From NCBI RefSeq assembly GCF_006345805.1, contig NW_021835161.1, forward strand, positions 1-42,207: a DNA stretch of 42,207 nt, read 5' to 3'. The DNA is from Octopus sinensis (taxonomy: Eukaryota). Within the stretch, counting starts at the first letter, position 1; each line of letters starts with the position of its first letter. A program made the position numbers and the translations under genes. The notes beneath the pieces are model-generated. The model saw only the letters and a program-made list of their open reading frames with translations, was not told the origin of the DNA and ran no database searches. This document shows positions 12,333-24,307 of the stretch, one piece after another.

Positions 12333-12783
12333 TTTAAAGACTAAAATATTGTTAGATATATCACTGCTCGGGATGTTTAAGTAATAATTTCCTAACTGGA
12401 CGCTAAATATATCATCAGCAAAGTTAGTAAAAAGTTAATGCATTGGAATGCTCTGCCCCAACTCTGACATTGTGGTAAGGTGATAGATATGCTTGGGGTT
12501 TGTAATTTATGGTCGTATCATTAGACCGACGGAGTAAAGGAGTTAATCATCAACTTCGCGTGAATGTATTCTAAAATGCATTTGATACTCTTTATCCCAG
12601 ATGTGCAGAGATTTTACACACACACACACACACATACACACACACATGCACACACACACACATGCACGACCACATTTACACATTCATACCCACACACATA
12701 TACGCACACGCACGCACGAACACATTTACACATTCATACACACACACATATATATACACATGTGCATATATATACATACATAT

Positions 12784-12842
<59 letters not shown>

Positions 12843-13603
12843 ATATACACAGTCACATAAATATATATGGTGGTATACGTATGTACGCATATGTTTGTAT
12901 GTATATATGCATGTATGTATGTATGTATGTATGTATGTATGTATGTATGTATGTATGTATGTATCTTTCTGTCCAGAGAAAGATTTGTCAGTCATCCACT
13001 TCACTTGAAACTAAACAGCATCTAATATAACATTTCTTGCGGGTAGGAATGTGCTATCATTTGCTACAAATACTAACCAAATCTCCTTCAAATGACACAC
13101 TACTGCCTTTGGAGAATGAATGACACAGTGCATAATGCACCCCGTGATATTAAATAATACAAATGGAATAGTCACGGTTGGAACGTCTGGTATTGTTAGT
13201 TTTCTCCTTCAAGGCTGAAATGATGCTAAATAGCAATATCATAGATATTAAATGTTCCTCCGTGGATTATAATAAATACGTGGATTTTGTTAATATTGAT
13301 TCCTAAATAATGAGGTACACGCTCACACATTTAGAAAGTAAATAGTATTTTCGATTATATTGATCTCTTAAATAAACAGGGGTTTGAAATATTTTGGAGG
13401 AATAAATTTGATCCTATCGATCTCAATACAAAATGAATAATTCATTTTAATATTGTCAGTAAACTAAAAAGCAAAGTTGAGATGGACAAGAATCGAACTC
13501 AGAACACATAGATCTCAAAAAATTTCGAAATGAATTCTCGTCAGCGTCATATACATTCTGTTAAAAAAATAGACATCTACTTTACATTAATAAGGACAAA
13601 AAA

Positions 13604-14168
13604 GGCGGCGAATTGGCAGAAACGTTAGCACGCCGGGCGAAATGCTTAGCCGTATTTCGTCTGCCGCTACGTTCTGAGTTCAAATTCCGCCGAGCTCGAC
13701 TTTGCCTTTCATCCCTTCGAGATCGATTAAATAAGTACCGGTTACGCTCTGGATTCGATGTAATCGACTTAATCCGTTTGTCTGCCCTTGTTTGTCCGCT
13801 CTGTGTTTAGCCCTTTGTGGGTAGTAAAGAAATAGGTATTTCGTCTGCTGCTACGTTCTGAGTTCAAGTTCCACCGAGGTCGACTTTGCCTTTCATCCTT
13901 TCGGGGTCGATTAAATAAGTACCAGTTACGCACTGGAGTCGATATAATAGACTTAATCCGTTTGTCTGTTCTTGCTTGTCCTCTCTGTGTTTAGCCCCTT
14001 GTGGGTTGTAAAGAAATAGGTATTTCGTCTACTGCTACGTTCTGAGTTCAAATTACACCGAGGTCGACTTTGTCTTTCATACTTTCGGGATCGATAAAAT
14101 GAGTACCAGTTAAAAACTGGGGTCTCCTCCCACCAAATTTCAGGCCTTGAGTCTATAATAGAAAGTAT
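13604..14168 (+). mobile_element. SINE family C composite: head + two 184-bp tail-1 units + terminal tail-2 unit
   Basis: gtatttcgtct recurs at 13652, 13836 and 14020; the first two units end gtaaagaaatag, the last ends in tail 2. Confidence 0.9.
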
Positions 14169-14874
14169 ATTAATGAGGACAAGTTAAAATAAAATTCCTT
14201 GATTCATAAACATTCAATGTTCAAACATGTAAATAAATGACACATGTAAATAGATTATAGAATAGGTGTAAATAGCTTATACCAGATTATCGCGGACAAA
14301 CATACGCGTAAACACCAAAACTGAAACAAAAACAAGATAGAGCAAATAAGAATATAAATAAACATAAATATATATGTACTAAATATATGTGTATATGGGT
14401 GTTTCTACAATTGCACACGAACACACACGCACGCATACACACACACGCACGCATACACACACAGTGTGTGAGAAATTATGACAGAAACCTTATATTTGTT
14501 CCTTACGTACGTCTCATCAGAGTACGTCATTTGTTTTGGATCTTCCAACGAACCACAACAGATCATCAAGTGAAAACTTTATTGCTTTAGATCATTGAGT
14601 TAAACTCTAGCAGCACTACGTACACGCAAGGTAGATAGTAAATATGTGAGTGTGTGAGTGTTGTGTGTGTGTGTGTGTGCGTGCGTGCGTGTATGTGTGT
14701 AATACATGCAAACATACAGTGCTGAGCTGACAAAATTATAACAGTCGATTCACTTAACTCCCCAAACCTTAACGACCGCATCTGAATCCTACAACTTATT
14801 AGGCGTATATGCCTTGTAAAAATAATCTCTGCGCGGTAATTAAATATTGTTTCATTAAAATATTACTTTACAAA

Positions 14875-15085
14875 GAGTAAAGAGCAAAGACTCCCTTGGT
14901 CATGAATGACAATAGGATTCTACCTAGAAAGTTACCCTCCAAGGCACAAATCTGAACACGGTTGATTATAGAAGAACAGCAGTCACCCGTGCTTACCCCC
15001 ACCCAACTCGCCACTGACGTTATCCAAGACAAAGGCAAAGGCCGATGCAACTTGGTATCAGTGACGTCATTTTAGCAGACTAAAA
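14875..15085 (-). mobile_element. SINE family B variant, third tail type, 3' part
   Basis: ggtcatgaatgac..ctagaaagttaccctcc..ttatccaagacaaaggcaaaggccgat; homologous to 25640-25779 (+). Confidence 0.65.
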
Positions 15086-15501
15086 TGAATTGATAAGACC
15101 ACATATAACATCCAAAGGTACATCTTTGTTCCTCTGATAAAATTATTACTCATGTCATATAAATTTAATGTACAAATCTGTAATTAAATCATTGAGTATT
15201 AATTAAAACGGCTGTTAGAAGCAAAGATGACCAACTTCTTGTTAATAATAATCAATTATTAACTTCCTAATCTCCATTTTCTTTTTTTCTATTACATGCT
15301 TATAAACCATATGCTTCATATATACCTATTTTTTTAATGGAATTTCATTCCACAACAATACTAGGTATTGACCCAGTATTTCCTTGGATGTAACCATACC
15401 TTCACGAGATTAGCATATCCACTAATCAAATTTATATATATATATATATGTATGTACATACACATAGTTATATATAAGTATGTATATATAAATATATGTA
15501 T

Positions 15502-15540
<39 letters not shown>

Positions 15541-16334
15541 ATATATATATATATACATATTTATATATATAGAGAGAGGGGGGGGGAGAAAAAGAGAGAT
15601 ACATATATCTTCTGTTCCGACATATATCGTTCATTCTCGTTTATTTGTGCCCAATCGTATCATCCTTTAGAGAATGCGTGGGCTAAGACTACGCGCCTTC
15701 ATTGGTCAGTTAATGTTGAGACAGTGTCACGTGACAACTTGCTGGGGCTGCCTGCTGGAACCTAACTGCAGGTATTTAAAGGTATTTAAATTTGACAAGA
15801 CAGTCAGTCGCCCGCTGACACTCGTTGACGTTATATCGAAGAGGCCAGGGAACAGAAGAAAGAAGAAGAAAGAAGACATGCACTCAACACCAGAGCTGAA
15901 GACACCTCGGAAAGCGGGGGGTGGGGTGGGGGCACGTCAAGACGGTAGAGGAGTAGGGGCCGAAACCTGACGTGGTTCTTCCTGATGATGTCTTGAGCTA
16001 ACTGGATCCTATAAAGGAGCTGTTGTGGTAGCAGAACGCGAAACACGGTTGAAATACCTCCTGCAGAGTTAGAGGCATAACTACACAGCTATTATTTTCT
16101 TAATATTTACAGACGATTCTTTCAGAATGTAGGTAGTCTTTCTGTTAGCAGAGGTTGAAAGCTGAACTGAAATTTAGAAATATTAGTATATTATTTTATA
16201 TCTATAAAATTTATGTTTATGCATTCTATATATTTTTCTTACTTACCAAACTAGTTCCGAGCGAGTACATAACGGCATAAGTTACAAGAAGCAAATACAG
16301 AATCATCTATCGTGTTAAGACACACACACACACA

Positions 16335-16366
<32 letters not shown>

Positions 16367-17095
16367 AATTTCTTTCAGTTTAGTTGTAAGTTTTATAGTA
16401 GAAATATTAATCTATGAATGGCTTTAAAAATAAAGAGACTGACTTAGTGTATACCTAAACGTGGATATGAGTTAGTATCTGTACGAACATGTGCATGAAT
16501 GGGTGTGTGTGTGTAAGTGTGTATGTGTGTGTGTGTGTGAATGTGTGTGTGTGTGTGTGTAAGTGTGTGTGTGTGCGTGAATTTATAATTTCTCTGCATG
16601 CTATAGCCTCTAGATCAGAAGTTATATTGATCAATTAAGTAAATGTGATGTACATGCATTCATAAGAGGTTGATATACACACAAAAGATAGGCAGAAACA
16701 AACGCCCACACTCATACACAGACGGGGTGTGGTTGGGATCAAATAAACACACATACTCACACACATGAACTGACACATAAACATACATATCGTAAATTAC
16801 ATTAATTCACAAATTTAGCCGAAGACGTCTCCACACAGATGTTTTATATATTAAGGTATCTGTAAAACAACGATTTGTTGAATGTCGTATCTATGTAGTC
16901 ACCCACACATACACTATTCTTTGCGTATTTGTTTTAGATATAACGAACTGTTGGTGTGATTATGTATATATACATGTATGTGTATATTTATAAATACATA
17001 CATACACACACACACACATATATATATATAATATATATATATATACACATATGCATATATACATATGTATGCACATATGTGTATTTGTATGTATG

Positions 17096-17131
<36 letters not shown>

Positions 17132-17235
17132 AATGTATTTATGTACATACATATACACATATATACGTATAATAAATGTATAATTTATATGTATAAATGT
17201 TTCTCTCTGTCTCTGTCTCTTACTCTCTCTTTCTC

Positions 17236-17281
<46 letters not shown>

Positions 17282-17287
17282 TATAAA

Positions 17288-17330
<43 letters not shown>

Positions 17331-18098
17331 AATATATATATATATATATAAATATATATATGTATGTATGTATATAAATTATTAATATATGCACACACAT
17401 ACACGTAGACACACACAAACACATATAGAGAAACTTATTACAGATATACACATATGAAATTATGTACGAACGTATGGCTGTGCGAATAACAATGTATGTC
17501 TACGACTGCAAGGTAGTTTCTGTAATTGGTATTATGAATTTGAGTTATGTATAACGTGCGTATGACGTGTGTATGACGTGTGTGGGGGATATGCGTGCGT
17601 GCATATTTGCCGATGTGTGAGAAACTAACATGACCAGATTTATTTTCATTACATGTTCTACGCCATTAATTCTCGAATGTTCTGTCAAAATTGCTTTAGC
17701 TTTCTCCTAGATATGTCGACACAATATTAGTAACAGCATTTTTTTCTATTGTTTCCTTTTCGGTTTTGGCTTTTGTTTATCATGTATATACTAGCCCTGT
17801 TATTGTTGTTATTTTGCTGATGTTGATGCTGTTGTCATTAATGCTGCTGCTAGTGCTGCTGTGGTTGCTGTTGCTGCTGTTCATCTTGTTGCTGTTTTTT
17901 GTTATTTTACTGCCCTGATAGTGGCGTTGGCATAGTCTTTGTTATCGTGGATATCATTAAGTCTCTGCTAGACTAACAGTCAGAAATATATACGCATTGC
18001 ATATAGATATCTCAAGCAAACATTAATATAAATATAAATAATAGAATACATACACATATACACTCTTGCATACAAACACCACACATGCATATATAAAT

Positions 18099-18151
<53 letters not shown>

Positions 18152-18923
18152 TATGTATGTATATTAATTGTTCAAAAATTTCAATATCCATGTATATATA
18201 TATATATATATTGAAATGTTAACGTATCGATACATATACATACTTAGGTATAAATATATGCATATACCTTTATATACCTTTCACTCATTATCTCTCTCTC
18301 TCCTCTCTCTTTCTCTCTCTCTCCTTCTGTATATGTGTATGCGTGTGCATGTGTTTATATGTGTGTGTTTATGGTATGTAGGTATAGATAGGATGACAGA
18401 TATTGATATAAAAATATATACATGAATTATGTGTATATATATATATATATAAAGAAAGAGAGAGAGAGAGAAGTGAGAAAGACAGAGAGAGAGAGAGACA
18501 GACAGAGAGAGACGTATATTTATTTACTTACAAAATATATCTTTGCCATGCTAATGACGAAAGTAACTTAGAGTCATAATAATAATGAATGTGAGTTGTA
18601 GGTAGACTGGTAGGCTGGCCATAATTCCCCGCAGCAAACATAACTATTATTATTATTGCCTTTTCGAGAATATTGTAACGTGCAAAATACTATTCATATT
18701 GGGTAGCCTTTGTTGTGGACGATGGCATTGAAAGGTCCTGATGATGGTAATTTCGTGGATGGCGTTGACGGTTGCAACGACAACCACAATTACGACGAGG
18801 AACATGATGATGATGATGAAGGTGGAGGTGTAGGAGCTGGAGGAGTTGGTGGTGGAGGAGTGAAAGCACTAGGAGGAAATGAAGGTCTTAAGACGGGATG
18901 GTTATAATGGTTCCAAATTTTGG

Positions 18924-19048
18924 CACCACATGGTTCCGGGTTCAGTCCCACTGCGTGGCACCTTGTGCAAGTGTCTTCTACTATAGCCTGGGGCCGACCA
19001 AAGACTCGTGAGTGGATATGGTAGACGGAAAGTGAAAGAAGCCCGTCG

Positions 19049-19087
<39 letters not shown>

Positions 19088-19308
19088 GGGTGTATGGTTG
19101 TGTCTCTGTCGCCCCATCATGGCTTGACAACCGATGCTGATGTGTTTACATCCCCGTCACTTAGCTGTTCGGCAAGAGAGTCCGATAGAATAAGTACTAG
19201 GCTTATAAAGAATAAGACCTGGGGTCGATTTGCTCGACTAAAGGCGGTGCTCCAGCATGGCAGCAGTCAAATGACTGAAACAAATAGAAGAAAAGAATAA
19301 AAGAATAA
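18924..19308 (+). mobile_element. SINE family A, well conserved
   Basis: ccacatggttccgggttcagtcccactgcgtggcacc.., (TA)n insert, tail to gtcaaatgactgaaac..aaaagaataaaagaat. Confidence 0.9.
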
Positions 19309-19309
19309 T

Positions 19310-19508
19310 GCCTGAAAGTTAGGGAGGGGGGTGTAAGTCGATTACATCGACCCTCCCAGAGATCAACTAGTACATATTTCAACGGACCTAAATGGGATGA
19401 AAGTCAAAATATACCCCGGCAGAATTTGAACCCAGAACGGAATAGCAAGACGAAATACTGCTAAGGATGATGCCCTGTGGTGCTAATGGATTTGCCAGAT
19501 CTCCGCCT
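19310..19508 (-). mobile_element. SINE family C (tail 2), degenerate
   Basis: gtcgattacatcgacc..ggatgaaagtcaaa..ggcagaatttgaacccagaacg..gacgaaatactgctaagg..ttgccagatctccgcc. Confidence 0.7.
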
Positions 19509-19519
19509 TAGGATGCAAT

Positions 19520-19865
19520 ATAATGGTGGTTGCAATGATCATCAGTGTTGATGTGATGACAATGATGATCATGATAATGATGATAATGATGATAATGACG
19601 ATGACGATGATGTTGATTAAGATGTTGATGATGATGATGATGTTGATGGTGATGATGATGATGATCATCATCATCATCATGACGGTGTTCATTGTAATGG
19701 TGATAAAGATGTGCTTGTTGATGGTTATAATGATGATGATGATGACGATGATGCCGACAACGCTGAAGTTGGTACGAATGGTGATGGTGATGGTGATGGT
19801 GATGGTGATGGTGATAACGTCTTTCGTAACTGAGGGAATGCTGCTGCTGCTGCTGCGGATGGTGT

Positions 19866-19911
<46 letters not shown>

Positions 19912-19962
19912 GATGATGGTGATGATGATGATAACGAAAAGGATGTCGAAGGTGATGGTGTA
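19520..19962. repeat. Degenerate (GAT)n/(GGT)n trinucleotide tract
   Basis: Directly visible; produces the poly-Met and poly-Ile ORFs. Confidence 0.95.
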
Positions 19963-19989
19963 GCTCACACCGATAAAAATAATGATTTA

Positions 19990-20170
19990 TTTTGGCTTGC
20001 CAGAAGGTCCATTTCGTAAAGCAAGCGAGAGAGGGCCGGGGTTAAAATCGATAAAATCGATAACCCCCGACATCAATATTAGTTGGAATACATTCTATCG
20101 ATTTCCAAAAGGGATGAAAACAAAATCGATCGTGGTTTGAATTGAAAATTCGGACAAGGGGGTATCTGAT
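19990..20170 (-). mobile_element. SINE family C, highly degenerate
   Basis: ttctatcgatttccaaaagggatgaaaacaaaatcgatc resembles tttatcgaccccgaaaggatgaaaggcaaagtcgacc. Confidence 0.45.
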
Positions 20171-20759
20171 GCACCAAATATATTGCTATGGTAAAACCAT
20201 TCAAAATGGAACTCTACAAAGTAAATTGTACGAACTAGAAAAAAAAAAAAAACGTTACAAACTAAGTGAGAAAAGAAAACGGTCTGCCAATCTATGTAGG
20301 TCTAGAAATATAAATCAGTTTATATATAGAAAAACTGAATGCCGAGACAAAACAATAATTATAGGTTTACTGGAGCTTGTGCAGGAGGGAACGTAAATTA
20401 TATTGAGAGAACACCTTTTAATAATATTCATATACTGGAAAAATTATGGCATCATTCTGAAGTATAAACAGAAAAGTGAACGATAGAGACACAATGCATT
20501 ATAAAAGGAATGGGGGAATGACAAAGTGACAATAATTGGGGACATGCCTGTCGTCACAGTAAAATGGAATCGACTCGATATCATTATCATGGACGAGCAT
20601 TTCTCTTAGCTGATGTATTAATCTTAACAAATGCCTATTTATGTCTACGTATGTATGTATATATATATATATACATACATAATTGCATACATACATACAT
20701 AATTGCATAATACATAATACATATTTGCATTCATACATACATACATACATACATCAAGA

Positions 20760-21099
<340 letters not shown>

Positions 21100-23282
21100 T
21101 GTTTCTTTATTAGCCACACAGGGCTGCACACAGATAGAATAAATTACAAGGTAGAGCTTTTCTTTTGAAGGTTTAAAAAAAAAAAAAGGAAGGGGGAGTT
21201 TCGATCAAAAGGGATCGTAAAAGGAGAGAAAGAGGACAAAAAAAGGGGGGTTAAAAAAAGGGGGGAGAGGAAAAAAAAAATTTTAAAAAATTGATCAATA
21301 GGGATCGTTATCACAGAAATGTCAATATGAAGTGTAAAGGGGAGGACGGGTGAGGTTTACCCGTGGAAGAAAAGCCTACGGAAAAGACCACGGTAACCTC
21401 GGTCAATGGAGTCACATGTTATATTTCTTTTTTTTTTTTTTGCAAATAAGCAACTCTCTGTTTTCAATTTCTGGGTTCATAGGATCATGCTCAAGGTGGC
21501 TTCGTCATTCATACGTGCCATTCTTGCTACATTCACCCATCTTTTTTTAAAACATTCGCTAGACAAAACTTGCCTCTCTACTCTCACTTTCCTTTTCAAG
21601 TGGTACTTGAAGAAGTTGATGAGAGATTGACCAGAGAGGAAGGTGTTTGTCTCCAATCCTTTCAGACGCGTCCACCAGATACATTCTTTCGCCATAGCCA
21701 CAAGGATGATGAAAATAGCTCTTCCTTCCCGTTTGAAGGAGGGAGGTGTGACAATATTGACGATAGACTCAGCTGATAAACCGACCCGTCCCACGCGTGA
21801 CAGCAGTTGTTCGACACAAGCCCACAGGTCGGAAATTGTTGGACACTGCACGAGTGCGTGCAGAACGGTTTCGTCGCTCTGACCGCATCTCGGGCAGGTC
21901 GGCCCCGTGTTTCTCGAGCCGTGTCTGTAGAGCTTGTCCCGAACGGGTAGCGCTTCTCGGTAGCACTGCCAGGCCAGGGATCTCTGGAAGTTGTCCATGG
22001 GCCCAGGCCCGAAAGTCGTCCTGAACAGGCGGGTCAGGTACTCCTCGTCGACGTCCAGGTTTGCCCCGAGCTCGTCGTCGTACCTCCCCTCCACTAAACC
22101 CCTATAGAATGCTTTGGTTGTGTTGAAGTCACTCAAGGTCGACCCAGGACGGCAGAGTTGCTTGAGAGCAACGCGACACTCGCGGTGCCATTCGCCCTTC
22201 TTCGGCCTCTTTTTGATCCACGACTGCAGTTCGGTGATGGAGACGAGCTGCGGGAAAGCGTGCCTCACAAACGGCGACCACACCTGTTCACCGTCGTCTA
22301 CATAGAGCCAGAGATGTCGCAGTCTCAGCGCGTGTCTGCGCATCATCAACCACGGCATGCCCAGCCCTCCTTTTAACGGGTGTTGACAGCAAATGGATCG
22401 CCTGACCATCGGGACGCATCCTTTCCACAAGAAGCGAAAGAGAATGCGTTGTAGTTTGGTGATGGTAGGGTCGGGACAAGGTACGACGGTCAGGCGGTAG
22501 TAGATGACGGACGCGATGTACGTGTTCGCCACCTCCGCCCGACCTTTTAGGGACAGTTTCCTCTCGGCCCATTGCCGGGCGAGAGTGACCACCCTACTCG
22601 TTATCTCGTTCCAGTTCTTCTCCACTTGGAGGTCCGGACCAAACCAGACCCCGAGCAACTCAACCGGGCCGTCGGTCCAGCGTCCCACGACGGAGGCGCT
22701 GGTGGACGGCATGGTCTTGCTTCTCCAGGTGCCTAGTCGCAAGCCCACTGACTTTTCCCGGTTGATTTTCGCTCCTGTCACCGCTTCGTAGTTTTTCAGT
22801 GTCTCGCCGACCTGCTCGATGTGCTCGTGGCTAGACACTATGACGCTGACGTCGTCCGCGTATGCAGACACGCTGGTCCCGCATCCCAGTTCTCGCGGGA
22901 TGCCTCTCAAGGTTGCCAGCTTCCGCAATAATGGCTCGAGAGTCAATACGTATAGAAGCGACGAGAGGGGGCATCCCTGACGGACCGAACGTGCGATGTC
23001 GAAGGGTCTCGATAGATGTCCATTCACGCGAATTACCGAACGGATGCCTCTGTACAAAGCGGCTATCCAGCCGCGGAAGACGGGACCGAAGCCAGCCGCT
23101 CCGAGGACCGCCTCCAAGTATCGATGGTCCACCCTATCGAAAGCTTTCGATTGATCCAAATTGATCAGCGCCCCACCCATGCCAGGTTCGTTAACTACCC
23201 TGTCTATGATGTAGCGCATCAGGTGGAGGTTGTCATGGATGGTCCGGCCTGGCACGGCGCATGTTTGCGCCCTGTCGACCAG
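21100..23282 (-). mobile_element. 5'-truncated L1/Tx1-clade non-LTR retrotransposon
   Basis: ORF2 fragment plus about 375-nt 3'UTR ending gccctgtgtggctAATAAAgaaac; no poly(A); (GATA)n on both sides; no endonuclease domain or ORF1. Confidence 0.93.
21477..23282 (-). CDS. LINE ORF2 fragment: reverse transcriptase, thumb and C-terminal zinc finger (5'-truncated, no native start)
   Basis: Frame is open to the insertion edge (LVDRAQTCAVPGRTIHDN...). Motifs LDQSKAFDRVDH, SVRQGCPLS, YADD, LSLKGRAEVAN, KGGLG and CPRCGQSDETVLHALVQC; no internal stop or frameshift over about 600 codons. Confidence 0.95.
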   Translation of the reverse strand: MVDRAQTCAVPGRTIHDNLHLMRYIIDRVVNEPGMGGALINLDQSKAFDRVDHRYLEAVLGAAGFGPVFRGWIAALYRGIRSVIRVNGHLSRPFDIARSVRQGCPLSSLLYVLTLEPLLRKLATLRGIPRELGCGTSVSAYADDVSVIVSSHEHIEQVGETLKNYEAVTGAKINREKSVGLRLGTWRSKTMPSTSASVVGRWTDGPVELLGVWFGPDLQVEKNWNEITSRVVTLARQWAERKLSLKGRAEVANTYIASVIYYRLTVVPCPDPTITKLQRILFRFLWKGCVPMVRRSICCQHPLKGGLGMPWLMMRRHALRLRHLWLYVDDGEQVWSPFVRHAFPQLVSITELQSWIKKRPKKGEWHRECRVALKQLCRPGSTLSDFNTTKAFYRGLVEGRYDDELGANLDVDEEYLTRLFRTTFGPGPMDNFQRSLAWQCYREALPVRDKLYRHGSRNTGPTCPRCGQSDETVLHALVQCPTISDLWACVEQLLSRVGRVGLSAESIVNIVTPPSFKREGRAIFIILVAMAKECIWWTRLKGLETNTFLSGQSLINFFKYHLKRKVRVERQVLSSECFKKRWVNVARMARMNDEATLSMIL

Positions 23283-23349
<67 letters not shown>

Positions 23350-23375
23350 GTAGATAGATAGATAGATAGATAGAT

Positions 23376-23418
<43 letters not shown>

Positions 23419-23420
23419 GG
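23283..23420. repeat. (GATA)n tract next to the LINE 5' truncation point
   Basis: Directly visible; same strand orientation as 20760-21099. Confidence 0.97.
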
Positions 23421-23623
23421 ATAGAAAGAAAGTTACATAGGTTTTCGTTTTGGAGAAGCAGGAGGAATAAAACTCAATAGATTGTAGAATGAATAGGTAC
23501 TATTCTGCTGAGAAATTACATAAATGGTATAATGGTCAAGTGGTTCATGCATTGCACTCTTCAGAATGATTAAGAGCAACACACAAAACTGTCAGACCTT
23601 GTGTAACTTCTGTAATTTTAGAC

Positions 23624-23745
23624 CCATTGGACTGTGACAATGCTGGGGCACCGCTTTGAAGTAGGGCAAATAGACCCCAGGACTTTTTTAGGGGGGAGTA
23701 AACACACCAACACCGGTTGTCAAGCCGTGTTGCGATACAAAAACA
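23624..23745 (-). mobile_element. SINE family A tail, internally deleted
   Basis: atgctggggcaccgcttt..gaccccaggact..gtaaacacaccaacaccggttgtcaagc. Confidence 0.7.
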
Positions 23746-23793
23746 AAAACACCCGTACAAACATGGGCACACACACACACACATATACACACA

Positions 23794-23833
<40 letters not shown>

Positions 23834-23926
23834 GGAAGGTTTACGAAAATAAACAAAAGACGAAGGCAGGTGGAGTACAAACAAACAATGTATTAGTATG
23901 GCGCTCAGGAATAGAAATAAAACAAG

Positions 23927-23964
23927 TCTTTTACGTTTCGAGCCTTCGCTCTTCGACAGAAAGA
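23927..23964 (-). ncRNA. Minimal type I hammerhead ribozyme motif (A6U core variant)
   Basis: UCUUU-CUGUCGA-A-GAGC(gaag)GCUC-GAAA-C-GUA^-AAAGA on the minus strand. Confidence 0.78.
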
Positions 23965-24113
23965 TACACAGAAAAGAAACAAGGAGAGGAAAAAATTGCA
24001 GATAGATAGATTGCAAAAATTTCGATTCAGATGAATGTGGTAGTGATGTTGAAGCAGCAGAATTTAGTACGGTATTATCCATACAATTTCAAAATAAGGT
24101 GAATAAAATCAAA

Positions 24114-24283
24114 ATAAGCAGCAAGGATATGCAGAGGTAATGCAGTACGATCGTTTCACGCAACTCCATTCAATTGAACAATGCAATCAATACATCATTT
24201 GATGTAATGATTGCATTGTTGAATTAAATGGAGTTGCTTGAAACGATCGCACTGATTTACTTCTCGATATCCTTGCTGCTTAT
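24114..24283. repeat. 170-bp fold-back inverted repeat
   Basis: Arms 24114-24197 and 24200-24283, 2-nt loop, 74/84 complementary with no gaps. Confidence 0.95.
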
Positions 24284-24307
24284 CATGATCATATATATAT
24301 ATATTTA

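Larger units (their letters stand above)
23832..24283 (-). mobile_element. Non-autonomous Penelope-like element with hammerhead and 5' fold-back, in (TA)n
   Basis: 3' 140 nt homologous to 9001-9139; 5' end is an 84-bp inverted duplication; (TA)n on both sides. Confidence 0.7.

Noticed and set aside
13652-14168. CRISPR-like array
   Set aside because: Whole 184-bp units repeat with no unique spacers; eukaryotic SINE sequence; no cas genes.
14485-14525. CTGATGA on the minus strand followed by gacgtacgt
   Set aside because: No stem II closed by GAAA and no stem I partner.
15674-15970. 98-aa ORF as a gene
   Set aside because: No recognisable domain; short ORFs are expected in a GC-richer patch.
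15955-15995. Permuted hammerhead (gccGAAAcc..ggtt..CTGATGA)
   Set aside because: Only 4 nt are available for stem I and stem II strands do not pair.
19483-19968. 146-aa Met-rich and 161-aa Ile-rich ORFs
   Set aside because: Opposite-strand readings of a degenerate (GAT)n tract; no splice or domain support.
21477-23282. Horizontal transfer of the LINE suggested by high GC
   Set aside because: TE coding regions often differ in composition from AT-rich intergenic DNA; needs phylogeny that cannot be done here.
23256-23420. Upstream endonuclease domain or ORF1 of the LINE; GTG at 23255 as a real start
   Set aside because: The element is cut within the RT at 23282 and followed by (GATA)n; the GTG is an internal Val codon.
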